Shown here one piece after another: positions 25,387 through 34,300 of a stretch of DNA of 51,618 nucleotides. This DNA is from Candidatus Omnitrophota bacterium (GTDB lineage Bacteria > Omnitrophota > Gorgyraeia > Tantalellales > Tantalellaceae). The notes under the pieces were generated by a model. It was given only the letters and a program-made list of their open reading frames with translations. It did no database searches and was not told the DNA's origin. The stretch's first letter is position 1, and the number at the start of each line of letters is the position of its first letter. A program made the position numbers and the translations under genes. The stretch is taken from NCBI GenBank assembly GCA_043823375.1, contig JBDRAX010000043.1, forward strand, positions 1-51,618. Direction: 5' to 3'.

Positions 25387-28013
25387 AAGGTAATGTACTG
25401 TACGTGGGATATGAGGAACTGTTAACCGTTCCGGATAAAATATACGAACGCGGGACGGATTTTATAGAAACGTTTTTTAAAGACAGAAAAAGGACGATAA
25501 ACAGGTTAAAGGACTACGCCGGCATGGAAAGCCTTAACGCCGGTAATATAGAAGATTTTTTCAAAGTTTATGTAATGGCGATGATGCATATGCATTTAAG
25601 AGCCGGTTTCAGGAGAAGGGTTGCCTTAAGGAAAAGAGGGGAAGTTATCGCGGCTCTTCCAGGGGGTATCAGAAATATTCTCACGTATATGCTGGCAATG
25701 AACGCGCCTTCGGAAGAGAACATGAATAGTGAGGCTGACACCGCGTTCAGCCGGATCCTCGGGGATTTGTCAGGTGAGGAAAAAGCGTTTTTGCTTAATA
25801 AGGATGAAATAGAGGTTGTCAGAATCCTGCCGGAGAGATACCCGGGATTATATGGAGAGCTGGAAAGATTCCTCAAAAATTACAGGATTACCCGTCTCCA
25901 GAGAGATGACTGGGATGCCCCGTTAATGTGGAGGCACGTTATATCCATGATTAAAGACGCTTTGAAAAGCGGTGATAGCTCCCGCGGGGGGGACATGGTA
26001 TACCGCGGAATGGAAGGGTTTAAATTATTTATTGAGAGCCTTAAACCGGAAATATTGAAGTCTGCCCCTGAAATGGATTTCGACGAATTCACTCGGGTTA
26101 TCATGCTTTCGGAAGAACAGAGTATCCAGGTTGAGAATGAGCGGCAGGTCTACCAGAAAGTTTTATTTTCGATGAAAGACAAACTTTTATCTCTGGGCGC
26201 GCTCCTGAGAGAAAGAGGGGTATTAAAAAGCGGCGATACTTTGCTTTCTCATACGATGGAGGAAGTAACAGGAATGGTTCAGATCGCTGATTCCGGGGCT
26301 ATAGCCGCGGCGGATGAAAAAGGGCGGGACGATGATATAGTGTCTTCTGAAGAAATACGTTTTATGGAGGTGCATCCTACAAACAGGTGCAACCTGCGGA
26401 ACACAAAGGCATGCAGCGGTATTTGCACATACGACAGCTTCCATTCCGCGGCTAAGACGCTCCCTTTTAACGCGATAGAGAGGATAGCGCGGTATAATCC
26501 GGAATATATACTGATAGCAGGAGGAGGTGAGCCCGCGTTATATGATTGTGAGGGGAAAGATTTTTCCGATTTTATACTCGAGATGAGGAAGTATCTGCCG
26601 GATACCAGGATGGAGCTGTGTACAAATGGAGTCAAATACATTAAAGAGGAATGCCATCCCGAAATATCTTCCATAAGGGTCAGCCTTCACGGATATTCAG
26701 AACATGAGTGCGCGTGGCACGCTGTAAAAAGCTGGAAAAATTTGTGGCGGTATTTTACGGAAAGTCCCATAGCGGAAATATGGGTAACTTACAGAATAAA
26801 CAAGGACAATTATCTCGAGGCCGCGCATTTAGCTGAAAAGTTATGGATGACCTGGCAGGAAAAAGTAAAGGAAGATCCGGTTTTAGGAAAGAAAGAGTTC
26901 GGGTTTAAAATAATCTGTGAAGCGGACGACAGGGAGGAATTTGTTACAGATCCCTATCACGCTTCTTCGCTTGATTTAAATATGCGGAGGTTGTGGCGTG
27001 AAAAAATAAACGGGATCAAAGAGGCGGGAAGCGGTTTTGGTAAATTCCTTGCCGATATGGAAGATGGGCATCTTGCTTCGAATTTTACTCTGCCGCCTGA
27101 AATAATAACAGGTATTTTTCCACAGCGCGGAACGGCGCCATGTTCGAAATGTTTTCTCGCCGGGGATTACGCCCTTTTCGCGGCAGATGGGGACATCTAT
27201 CCATGCTGCATAATGACGGCACAGTCGAAAAACCGTTACGGCAGTGTATTTTCCGATCCCGCTGACATATTTGAGGCCAGGAAAAAATTGGCCAGGGACG
27301 CATATCCGGCGTGTAAGGCGGGGTGCAGGCTTCACGACACCGTGGTGGGTAAACTTGTGAGAAAAAGGATCGAGGAAAAAAAGAGAGATCGGGCGTTGAG
27401 ATCGGACAATTCCCGGTATGTAATTAACGAAGACAGAAAAGCGTATTTAACTTATGACATGAAAAGCCTGGGACAGTTGAAGGATGAAGGTATGATAACG
27501 CGAGGCAAGTATGTGATCTGGTATAATCCCGAAAAACTGCCGGAGCAATATGCGGATATTCTAAGACAATATGCCGGTTTGCTTGAGCGCGAGCAAGGAG
27601 TAAAGATAACGATCGCGCCATTTTCAGGAGAGAGGTCCAGGTTTAAGGGATCTCTTCTGGCGGTTGATTATAAAAACGCGGATTATACCGGAGAAAGCGT
27701 TATCGATGTGGATACCGAATGCGGTATAGAGAACTATCTTTTAAGGATCACGGGGATTTTAAATATGGCTATGGCAATAGCGACGATTCCATCAGGTACG
27801 GATGACAAAACGCTTATGCTGGAATATGAATATATAGTCATGTTTGTGAAACAGCAGTATCATTCCATTATGGGAGAAGAATATGACCTTTTCCAGAAAG
27901 GGAAGACCGCTTACGAAAATTTGCGTTGTATTGTCCTGCGCCTGCCGGGAATGTATAAGATAGACAGTGTTGAGATATATCAGTATAACAATATCGTAAA
28001 GAAAGCTTTATAG
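25275..28013 (+). CDS. giant protein 1b: PEP-synthase-type helical linker-like region + radical-SAM/SPASM-like core + shared C-terminal module
   Basis: 912 aa from GTG 25275. Alternative starts are ATG 25377 and ATG 25383, the latter forming an ATGA overlap with the upstream stop. rSAM-like elements: TNRCNLRNTKACSGICTY, LIAGGGEPALY, MELCTNG and IRVSLHG, then CSKCFLAG...ADGDIYPCC. The tail from about 27500 is shared with the 952-aa protein. There is no N-terminal anchor. Confidence 0.8.
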   Translation: MGKKPVYPLGNLLCDISYKGMLKIFELFPGVDLPMFMKGNVLYVGYEELLTVPDKIYERGTDFIETFFKDRKRTINRLKDYAGMESLNAGNIEDFFKVYVMAMMHMHLRAGFRRRVALRKRGEVIAALPGGIRNILTYMLAMNAPSEENMNSEADTAFSRILGDLSGEEKAFLLNKDEIEVVRILPERYPGLYGELERFLKNYRITRLQRDDWDAPLMWRHVISMIKDALKSGDSSRGGDMVYRGMEGFKLFIESLKPEILKSAPEMDFDEFTRVIMLSEEQSIQVENERQVYQKVLFSMKDKLLSLGALLRERGVLKSGDTLLSHTMEEVTGMVQIADSGAIAAADEKGRDDDIVSSEEIRFMEVHPTNRCNLRNTKACSGICTYDSFHSAAKTLPFNAIERIARYNPEYILIAGGGEPALYDCEGKDFSDFILEMRKYLPDTRMELCTNGVKYIKEECHPEISSIRVSLHGYSEHECAWHAVKSWKNLWRYFTESPIAEIWVTYRINKDNYLEAAHLAEKLWMTWQEKVKEDPVLGKKEFGFKIICEADDREEFVTDPYHASSLDLNMRRLWREKINGIKEAGSGFGKFLADMEDGHLASNFTLPPEIITGIFPQRGTAPCSKCFLAGDYALFAADGDIYPCCIMTAQSKNRYGSVFSDPADIFEARKKLARDAYPACKAGCRLHDTVVGKLVRKRIEEKKRDRALRSDNSRYVINEDRKAYLTYDMKSLGQLKDEGMITRGKYVIWYNPEKLPEQYADILRQYAGLLEREQGVKITIAPFSGERSRFKGSLLAVDYKNADYTGESVIDVDTECGIENYLLRITGILNMAMAIATIPSGTDDKTLMLEYEYIVMFVKQQYHSIMGEEYDLFQKGKTAYENLRCIVLRLPGMYKIDSVEIYQYNNIVKKAL

Positions 28014-28411
28014 CGGTTAGCTCAGAAAGAGTTTTATCTCCTTTACGGATTCGGTACTTTTCCAGTTATATAGTGATCCTTCAGCAGGTTAGTTTTATTT
28101 CAGAAAGAGATTTGTCCGGGGATTTGAAAGATAGAAAAGACATAGAAAACGTTACGAGGGAAGTAATAATTCATCTTTTTTGAGGCAGGGGATATAACTG
28201 GAAACAACAGCAGTTTCTTAATGATGATCTGTCTCAGATATTGAGAAACGCGTTATCGAACATACGGGAACCGTTTCTTACGTTTCTTTTACTGTTTAGC
28301 GTTTCTGGCGCGGGTATCGCGCGCCGCGCGGGCACTGCGATTGAGAATAAATCTGAATGTTCTACCTTTGTCTTGCCAAGAAGAATTAGCGTATCCATAT
28401 GTTGAAAGGTG

Positions 28412-28440
28412 TTGACTTTTTGGCATGAATATCGTATAAT
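28412..28440 (+). promoter_or_regulatory. consensus-like sigma70 promoter of the arsR-family operon
   Basis: TTGACT (28412-28417), a 17-nt spacer, then TATAAT (28435-28440). Confidence 0.65.
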
Positions 28441-28456
28441 CCGGATAATACGATAT
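28429..28456. promoter_or_regulatory. 9-bp perfect inverted repeat (candidate ArsR-family operator) overlapping the -10 box
   Basis: atatcgtat (28429-28437), a 10-nt spacer, then atacgatat (28448-28456). It sits between the promoter and the RBS AAGGAGGG. Confidence 0.5.
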
Positions 28457-28466
28457 AAGGAGGGTT

Positions 28467-28742
28467 ATGCCGATAGATTATGCCAGGGACGCTGAGGTTT
28501 TGAAAGCTGTGGCTCATCCTGTACGCTTGAGGATAGTTCAGGGGCTTATGAGGAACGAGTGTAATGTCACAAAGATAGTCCGGGCGCTTGGGCTGCCGCA
28601 ATCGACGGTTTCCCAGCATCTCGGGGTTCTGAGGGCCGCGGGGATACTTGTTCCAAGGAAGAGCGGCGTGAAGACGTGTTATCAAGTCGTGGACGGGCGG
28701 GTTATGAAGATCATTGAGGTATTTGAAAATAAAAGGGGATGA
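28467..28742 (+). CDS. ArsR/SmtB-family transcriptional regulator
   Basis: 91 aa. LKAVAHPVRLRIVQGL...CNVTKIVRALGLPQSTVSQHLGVLRAAGIL is the canonical ArsR wHTH. Confidence 0.9.
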   Translation: MPIDYARDAEVLKAVAHPVRLRIVQGLMRNECNVTKIVRALGLPQSTVSQHLGVLRAAGILVPRKSGVKTCYQVVDGRVMKIIEVFENKRG

Positions 28743-28748
28743 TAGAAA

Positions 28749-31196
28749 ATGAAACTTATAATAGTGGGCGGTGTCGCGGGCGGAGCGGCCGCGGCGGCAA
28801 GGGCGCGGCGGCTTGATGAGAGGGCGGAGATAATAGTGTTTGAGCGCGGAGAGTATATTTCTTTCGCGAATTGCGGCCTTCCATATTACGCGGGCGGGGT
28901 TATCAAAGAAAGGGAAAGGCTTCTCATACAGACGCCCGAGGGTTTCAGTGAACAGTTTGATCTGAAAGTCCGGACGCGGAGCGAAGTGGTAAGTATAGAC
29001 AGGGAAAAAAAAGAAGTTCGGGTAGTTGATAAAAAGTCAGGGAAAGAATATGACGAAACATATGATAAGCTTATACTTTCACCGGGCGCGGCGCCGATAA
29101 GGCCGCCTTTTGAGGGCGCGGATCTGGATGTTGTGCATGTGGTGAGGGCTCTTACGGATATAGACAGGATAAAAGCGGAGATAGATTCAGGCGTAGTCAG
29201 AAGGGCTGTCGTTGTCGGCGCGGGTTTCATAGGCATAGAGATGGCGGAAAATCTGACTGAACGTAAGATAGAGACGCATCTTGTGGAAAGGCTCGACCAG
29301 GTAATGCCGCCTTTTGACAAGGATATGGCGGTCATACTTAACAGACAGCTCGCGTTCCACGGAGTGAGGCTGTACTTGAAGGATGAAGTGCGGAAAATAC
29401 GAAAAAGCGCGGAAGGAGCCATAGTCGAGACTTCATCGGGAAAAAACATAGTGTGTGACATGGTGATACTTTGCGCGGGTGTGAGGCCGGAGTTAAAACT
29501 CGCGAAGGAGGCGGGGATAGAGACAGGTAAGTACGGCATAGTTACCAACGAGAAAATGATGACATCCGATAAGGATATTTACGCGATCGGGGATGTGGTG
29601 GAGGTTGTTAACCCTGTTACGAAGAAGAAGCATTATGTGCCTCTCGCGTGGCCGGCGGCTAAACAGGGAGTGGTAGCCGCGAATAATATTTTCGGCAAGG
29701 ATGATTCCTATAAAGGGACATACGGCACATCTGTCGTGAAAGTATTCACGCTTACCGCCGCCATGAGCGGTGCGTCGGAAAAAGTCTTGAAAGCGGAAGG
29801 GATACCTTACGGGAAAATATATACCCACCCCGCGAACCATGCCGGATATTATCCTGGCGCCATGCAGATGTGCGTGAAACTTTTATTCTCTCCGGACAGC
29901 GGCAGGATTTTAGGAACGCAGATAATCGGGCATGAAGGCACGGATAAAAGAGTAGATATACTTTCTGTGGCGATAAAACACGGTCTTACGGTTTACGACC
30001 TTTCGGAGATGGAATTATGTTACGCCCCGCCTTACGGTTCGGCTAAAGACGCGGTCAATCTCGCGGGAATGGCGGCGGTAAATCATCTTGAAGGATTCAG
30101 CCCGCTTACGCACTGGGAGGAACTCGGCGGCGAAGAGTTCCTGCTCGACGTGAGGACAAAAGAGGAGCTTGAAAAAGGGCGGGTGAAGAATTCCGTGAAC
30201 ATACCGCTTAATGAATTAAGAGGCAGGTTGAGAGATCTCCCTGCCGATAAGGAAATAGCGGTTTTCTGTCAGGTGGGGATACGCGGGCATCTGGCCGCGC
30301 GCGTACTTCTCCAGAACGGGTACAGAGTAAAGAATATCTCGGGCGGGTATCTGACATATTTGAATTATCAGGACGCGTATGTCCTGGATTCTTCAGCCGC
30401 CCTGGATGAGGGGAGAATAGCTGAGACTTTCTGCACGGCGCCCACGGGAAAACCGGCCGGCGGTTTTAAGGGGGCAGTCAGGGAAATAGACGCGAGGGGC
30501 CTCCAGTGCCCGGGGCCTGTTGTTAAACTGAAGGAAGCGATGGGATCCGTTGAGCATGGAGATATCGTGAAAATAAAGTCCAGCGATATGGGTTTCGCGA
30601 TGGATATACCGAAATGGTGCCAGTCATCCGGGAATGTTCTTGTCAGCCTTACCGCGGAACCTGACGGGACAACGGCTTTTGTCATGAAGGGAGTTAAGGA
30701 CAAAAAGCGCGAGGATGTGCCGGGCGGCCGGGGTACCACTATAGTTGTTTTTTCGCAGGACATGGACAAGGTAATGGCGTCTTTGATAATAGCACGGTCA
30801 GCGGCTTCAACAGGAGGGAAGGTCAGTATGTTCTTTACTTTCTGGGGATTGAACGCGCTTAAGAGAAAGCCGTCGGTTAAGGCCTCAAAAGATTTTCTGT
30901 CGCGGATGTTTGGTTTCATGCTTCCATCGTCGATCTCCGATCTGAAACTGTCGAAGATGAATATGCTGGGCGCCGGCACAGGTATAATGAAGTATATAAT
31001 GCGGAAAAAAAACGTGACAAGCCTTGATGAAATGCTGAAGGGCGCGGTCAGCGACGGCGTCGAAATCGTGGCGTGCTCAATGAGCATGGATGTCATGGGG
31101 ATAAAGAAAGAAGAGCTTATTGACGGCGTAAAAATAGGCGGAGCCGCGTATTATGTATCCGTCGCGGCGGCTTCCAATCATAATTTGTTTATATAA
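28749..31196 (+). CDS. CoA-disulfide/persulfide reductase-like flavoprotein fused to rhodanese, TusA-like and DsrE-like domains
   Basis: 815 aa. Contains IIVGGVAGGAAAA (FAD binding), the redox Cys in SFANCGLPYY (codon 28872-28874), the rhodanese loop VFCQVGIRG, the TusA motif GLQCPGPVVKLKEAM, and a C-terminal DsrE/DrsE-like segment (IVVFSQDMDKVMASLIIA...FFTFWGL...CSMSMDVMG). Confidence 0.9.
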   Translation: MKLIIVGGVAGGAAAAARARRLDERAEIIVFERGEYISFANCGLPYYAGGVIKERERLLIQTPEGFSEQFDLKVRTRSEVVSIDREKKEVRVVDKKSGKEYDETYDKLILSPGAAPIRPPFEGADLDVVHVVRALTDIDRIKAEIDSGVVRRAVVVGAGFIGIEMAENLTERKIETHLVERLDQVMPPFDKDMAVILNRQLAFHGVRLYLKDEVRKIRKSAEGAIVETSSGKNIVCDMVILCAGVRPELKLAKEAGIETGKYGIVTNEKMMTSDKDIYAIGDVVEVVNPVTKKKHYVPLAWPAAKQGVVAANNIFGKDDSYKGTYGTSVVKVFTLTAAMSGASEKVLKAEGIPYGKIYTHPANHAGYYPGAMQMCVKLLFSPDSGRILGTQIIGHEGTDKRVDILSVAIKHGLTVYDLSEMELCYAPPYGSAKDAVNLAGMAAVNHLEGFSPLTHWEELGGEEFLLDVRTKEELEKGRVKNSVNIPLNELRGRLRDLPADKEIAVFCQVGIRGHLAARVLLQNGYRVKNISGGYLTYLNYQDAYVLDSSAALDEGRIAETFCTAPTGKPAGGFKGAVREIDARGLQCPGPVVKLKEAMGSVEHGDIVKIKSSDMGFAMDIPKWCQSSGNVLVSLTAEPDGTTAFVMKGVKDKKREDVPGGRGTTIVVFSQDMDKVMASLIIARSAASTGGKVSMFFTFWGLNALKRKPSVKASKDFLSRMFGFMLPSSISDLKLSKMNMLGAGTGIMKYIMRKKNVTSLDEMLKGAVSDGVEIVACSMSMDVMGIKKEELIDGVKIGGAAYYVSVAAASNHNLFI

Positions 31197-31208
31197 CGTA
31201 AAAACCAT

Positions 31209-31255
31209 TTAACCCGCATTTCTCACTACGACTGTTTGTGAGAAATGCGGGTTAA
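31209..31255 (+). terminator. perfect 18-bp stem-loop 13 nt after the stop codon (terminator-like, no U-tract)
   Basis: ttaacccgcatttctcac (31209-31226) pairs perfectly with gtgagaaatgcgggttaa (31238-31255), with an 11-nt loop between them. Confidence 0.5.
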
Positions 31256-31312
31256 GGATTTGCTACTGCAAAAAACCCTTCTGTTAAGTGTCAAAAAGTC
31301 CAGATTTAATGT

Positions 31313-31341
31313 TTGAACTCTAAATTTTGGGCAGGTATAAT
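31313..31341 (+). promoter_or_regulatory. sigma70-like promoter of the 2618-aa gene
   Basis: TTGAAC (31313-31318), a 17-nt spacer, then TATAAT (31336-31341, with a second TATAAT at 31341-31346). The leader is AT-rich and lacks an SD. Confidence 0.5.
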
Positions 31342-31386
31342 ATAATTAAGGCTTATTAAAAGATTTTAGTATTTATTTTACTAATA

Positions 31387-34300
31387 ATGATGATTATGAG
31401 AAAAACAAACGATAAAAAAATGTTTAAAGGCAAAGGCGCGAGGCTGTTATTTAAACAGGCAGTCTCACTAATAACAGCCTCGGTTTTTTTGTGTTTATCC
31501 TGCCAGTACTCTTTTTCCATCTCCGCTATTGAAGCGCCGGCGGAGGTTTTCCGTGTCGATTCTTTTGAATTGCCGGAATATCTGGGTGAGGTCAGGGATA
31601 GATGGCAGGCGCCGGATACCGCGCGCGGGATCGTCATACATATTCAGGACGCGCATTGCGATTACAATAGTCAGCACAGGATAGCGGAGATTATTGGTTT
31701 TGTGACATCGGGATACGGCCCAATGCCGGTAAATCTTGAGGGAGGGGAGGGGGAATATTTTCTTGATGTCTTTGAGGATATACCGGATATGAGAGCGCGC
31801 GAAAAAGTGGCTGACTATTTTGTCAGGGAAGGGCTTCTTAACGGAGGAGAGTTTTTCGCCGTAAATGAGCCCGGTAAGGCGGAACTCTGGGGTATTGAGG
31901 ACGGAATGCTGTATGTGGGAAACCTGGAAATTTACAGGAGGAGCCTGGAGCAAAAACCGGAGGCGGATAAGGCTATCGCCGGGCTTGCGGGTATTTTAAA
32001 TAAGCTTAAAGAAAAACTGTATACTCCCGGTATGCGTGAATTTTCGGCGGAAAGAAATCTTTACAGGGATGAGAAAAAAGAGCTTAAAGAATATTTTCTT
32101 TACTTATCGGCGCGCGCGGCTGAATACGGTATAGGCCTTGGAGACTATCCTGATCTCTTGTCTCTGGGGAAGACCCTCGAAATGGAAAAAGATATAAATT
32201 TTAAACAGGCTGATAATGAGAGGCGGAAATTAATACAGGTATTCAGGGATGGTTTTTCCAGGCAGGAATTAAGTGAGCTTTTGCGAAATACAGCTCTGTT
32301 CAGAGAGGGGAAGCTGTCTGTGCCCGGGTATAACAGATATCTTTTTCGTAAAGCCGGAGAGTCCAGGATCGACGCTCAGAAGGAATTTCCGGAATTGAAT
32401 AAATACTTTGTTTATATCAGCGAATATGAAAAGGCGCGCGCGCGGAAATGCCTTGAAGAGATCAACTCGCTTGAAGGCCGGATCTCAGCGTGTTTAGCCT
32501 CGACAGAAGAAGAAAAACGTCTTTATTCTCTGGATAAGCACCTTGAATACATGAAGAAGCTTTCGGAACTCGGCCTTGTGAAAAAAGAATATGAATATTT
32601 TCGCCGGAACAGGGAACAGTTCCGCGCGTCAGTATATTCAGATTTTATCGGAGAGTACGGGACTGCCGCTGACAGGATGAACATACCGGATGATATAGGG
32701 ATGCTGGACGGGTACCAGGATGATATGCTGAGTTTTTATGAGTATTCTTTTCTTAGGGATGAAGCTTTTATCCGGAACGCGCGTATAGGCGTAAGCCGGA
32801 CGCCAGCGGAACGGTTAAGCCCGGCGTTAATGGTTACTGGAGGGTTCCATACGGAGAACCTTCTCGCGCTTTTTAAGAAGAACGGGATATCGTATGTGTC
32901 TATTATCCCGAAGTTTGAGATAAGGAAAGGAACGGTTAACCCCTATTTTAAGATCCTTGCGGGCGAAAGGACCCCGTTCCTTTCGTCTATAGAAAAAGCT
33001 CTTTTCACGAAAGGCGCTGTTGCCGGGGATAGTGCCGGGCTGAAGCAGGCCGCCGTGACAAAAAGAAATTCGGCCATGCAGATAGCGAGCCTCCTTAATG
33101 TTTTAGGTATCGTTATGGACGCCAGGGACAGTGAACTTTTCAGGATCGGTGTCCAGGCTCTCGCGTACGCGGAAGAACTTAACGGGGCCTTCGCGCTTAA
33201 AACCACGGAACCTGATGAGTACATAGTGTTCAGGAATACGGACGCGGGAGCGGAGTGTTATGCCGCGGCCTTATCCGATAGTGAGGTGGCTCAGCAGGGT
33301 TTAGCAGTAGTGAACAGGGATATGCCTGTAAAACGGGATGACCCTGTTCAGGTTCTGTGGGCTTTTGCCCAGGCCGGGCATGACACCGTGGTATCGGATC
33401 CCCGGAACCATATGTATATTACAACCGCTGACAGCGGGCTTGTAACTGTTATGAGGGAATACTTAAAAAGGGTAAAGGGCGTGGAAATCAGGGAGAGGCT
33501 TGAAAAAGAGATGTTTTATCTTTTGGAAAACAGCAGGAAGTTAAGAGATGGATTTGAAAAACCCAGTATGGTATCGGTGGTAAAGGGCCTTATAGGCCCG
33601 CGCGCGGGCGGGCAAGGGATATATATACCTCTTACGGATGAATACGGCAATGAGTTGAACACGGAACAGCAGGCGAGGGCATTCCTGCATGAACTGACAG
33701 CGGGTGTATATGGAAGAGCGGGGCATGGCGCGGTAAAAGCGTTCGAGGGCGCGGTAATAGACGGAAAAGGAGATATTGGCGCGGCGGAAGATCTTTTGGG
33801 GCAGCCGTATTTTGAACCTGTGTGGCGTGTCGATTCCGCGGTCACGCGTATGGGGATGGAAAGAGATTACTCTTTGGATGATGGGAAAGAGATCGACAGC
33901 AAGCTGTGGGCCCTTTTAGACAAAATTAACAAGGCTGAGAAAAAAGTAAAGTCCGCGGGAACGGCATCCGCTCCTGTAATGGGAAAAATTATTTCTGAAA
34001 CGGGACTTTTTGGGAAGGAAATCGATTCCTACGCGGGAGTTAAAGATACGATAACTAATGTCAAGGCTAAGGGTGGATATTCATACGCGAAAAAATGGGC
34101 GCCCGCGGGGGCATTGGACCCGGTTGTTACTGTAAGCGAAAAAAACGGCGAAAAAATACCACATCCTTCTTATTTCCCCAGGTCCATAATAAAAGGTACC
34201 CGGACAAATGTCGAAGGAGACGAGCTAAGAATGTACCCGGACAGGGAGCTTTTCTCCATTCTGGGAAGAGAAGAAGAGCCTCTGCCTGAGATTGAAAGAG

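Noticed and set aside
28886-31096. Long minus-strand ORFs 28886-29548 and 30368-31096
   Set aside because: They lie antisense to the CoADR-rhodanese-TusA-DsrE gene, and their products are Ser/Thr/Pro-rich nonsense.
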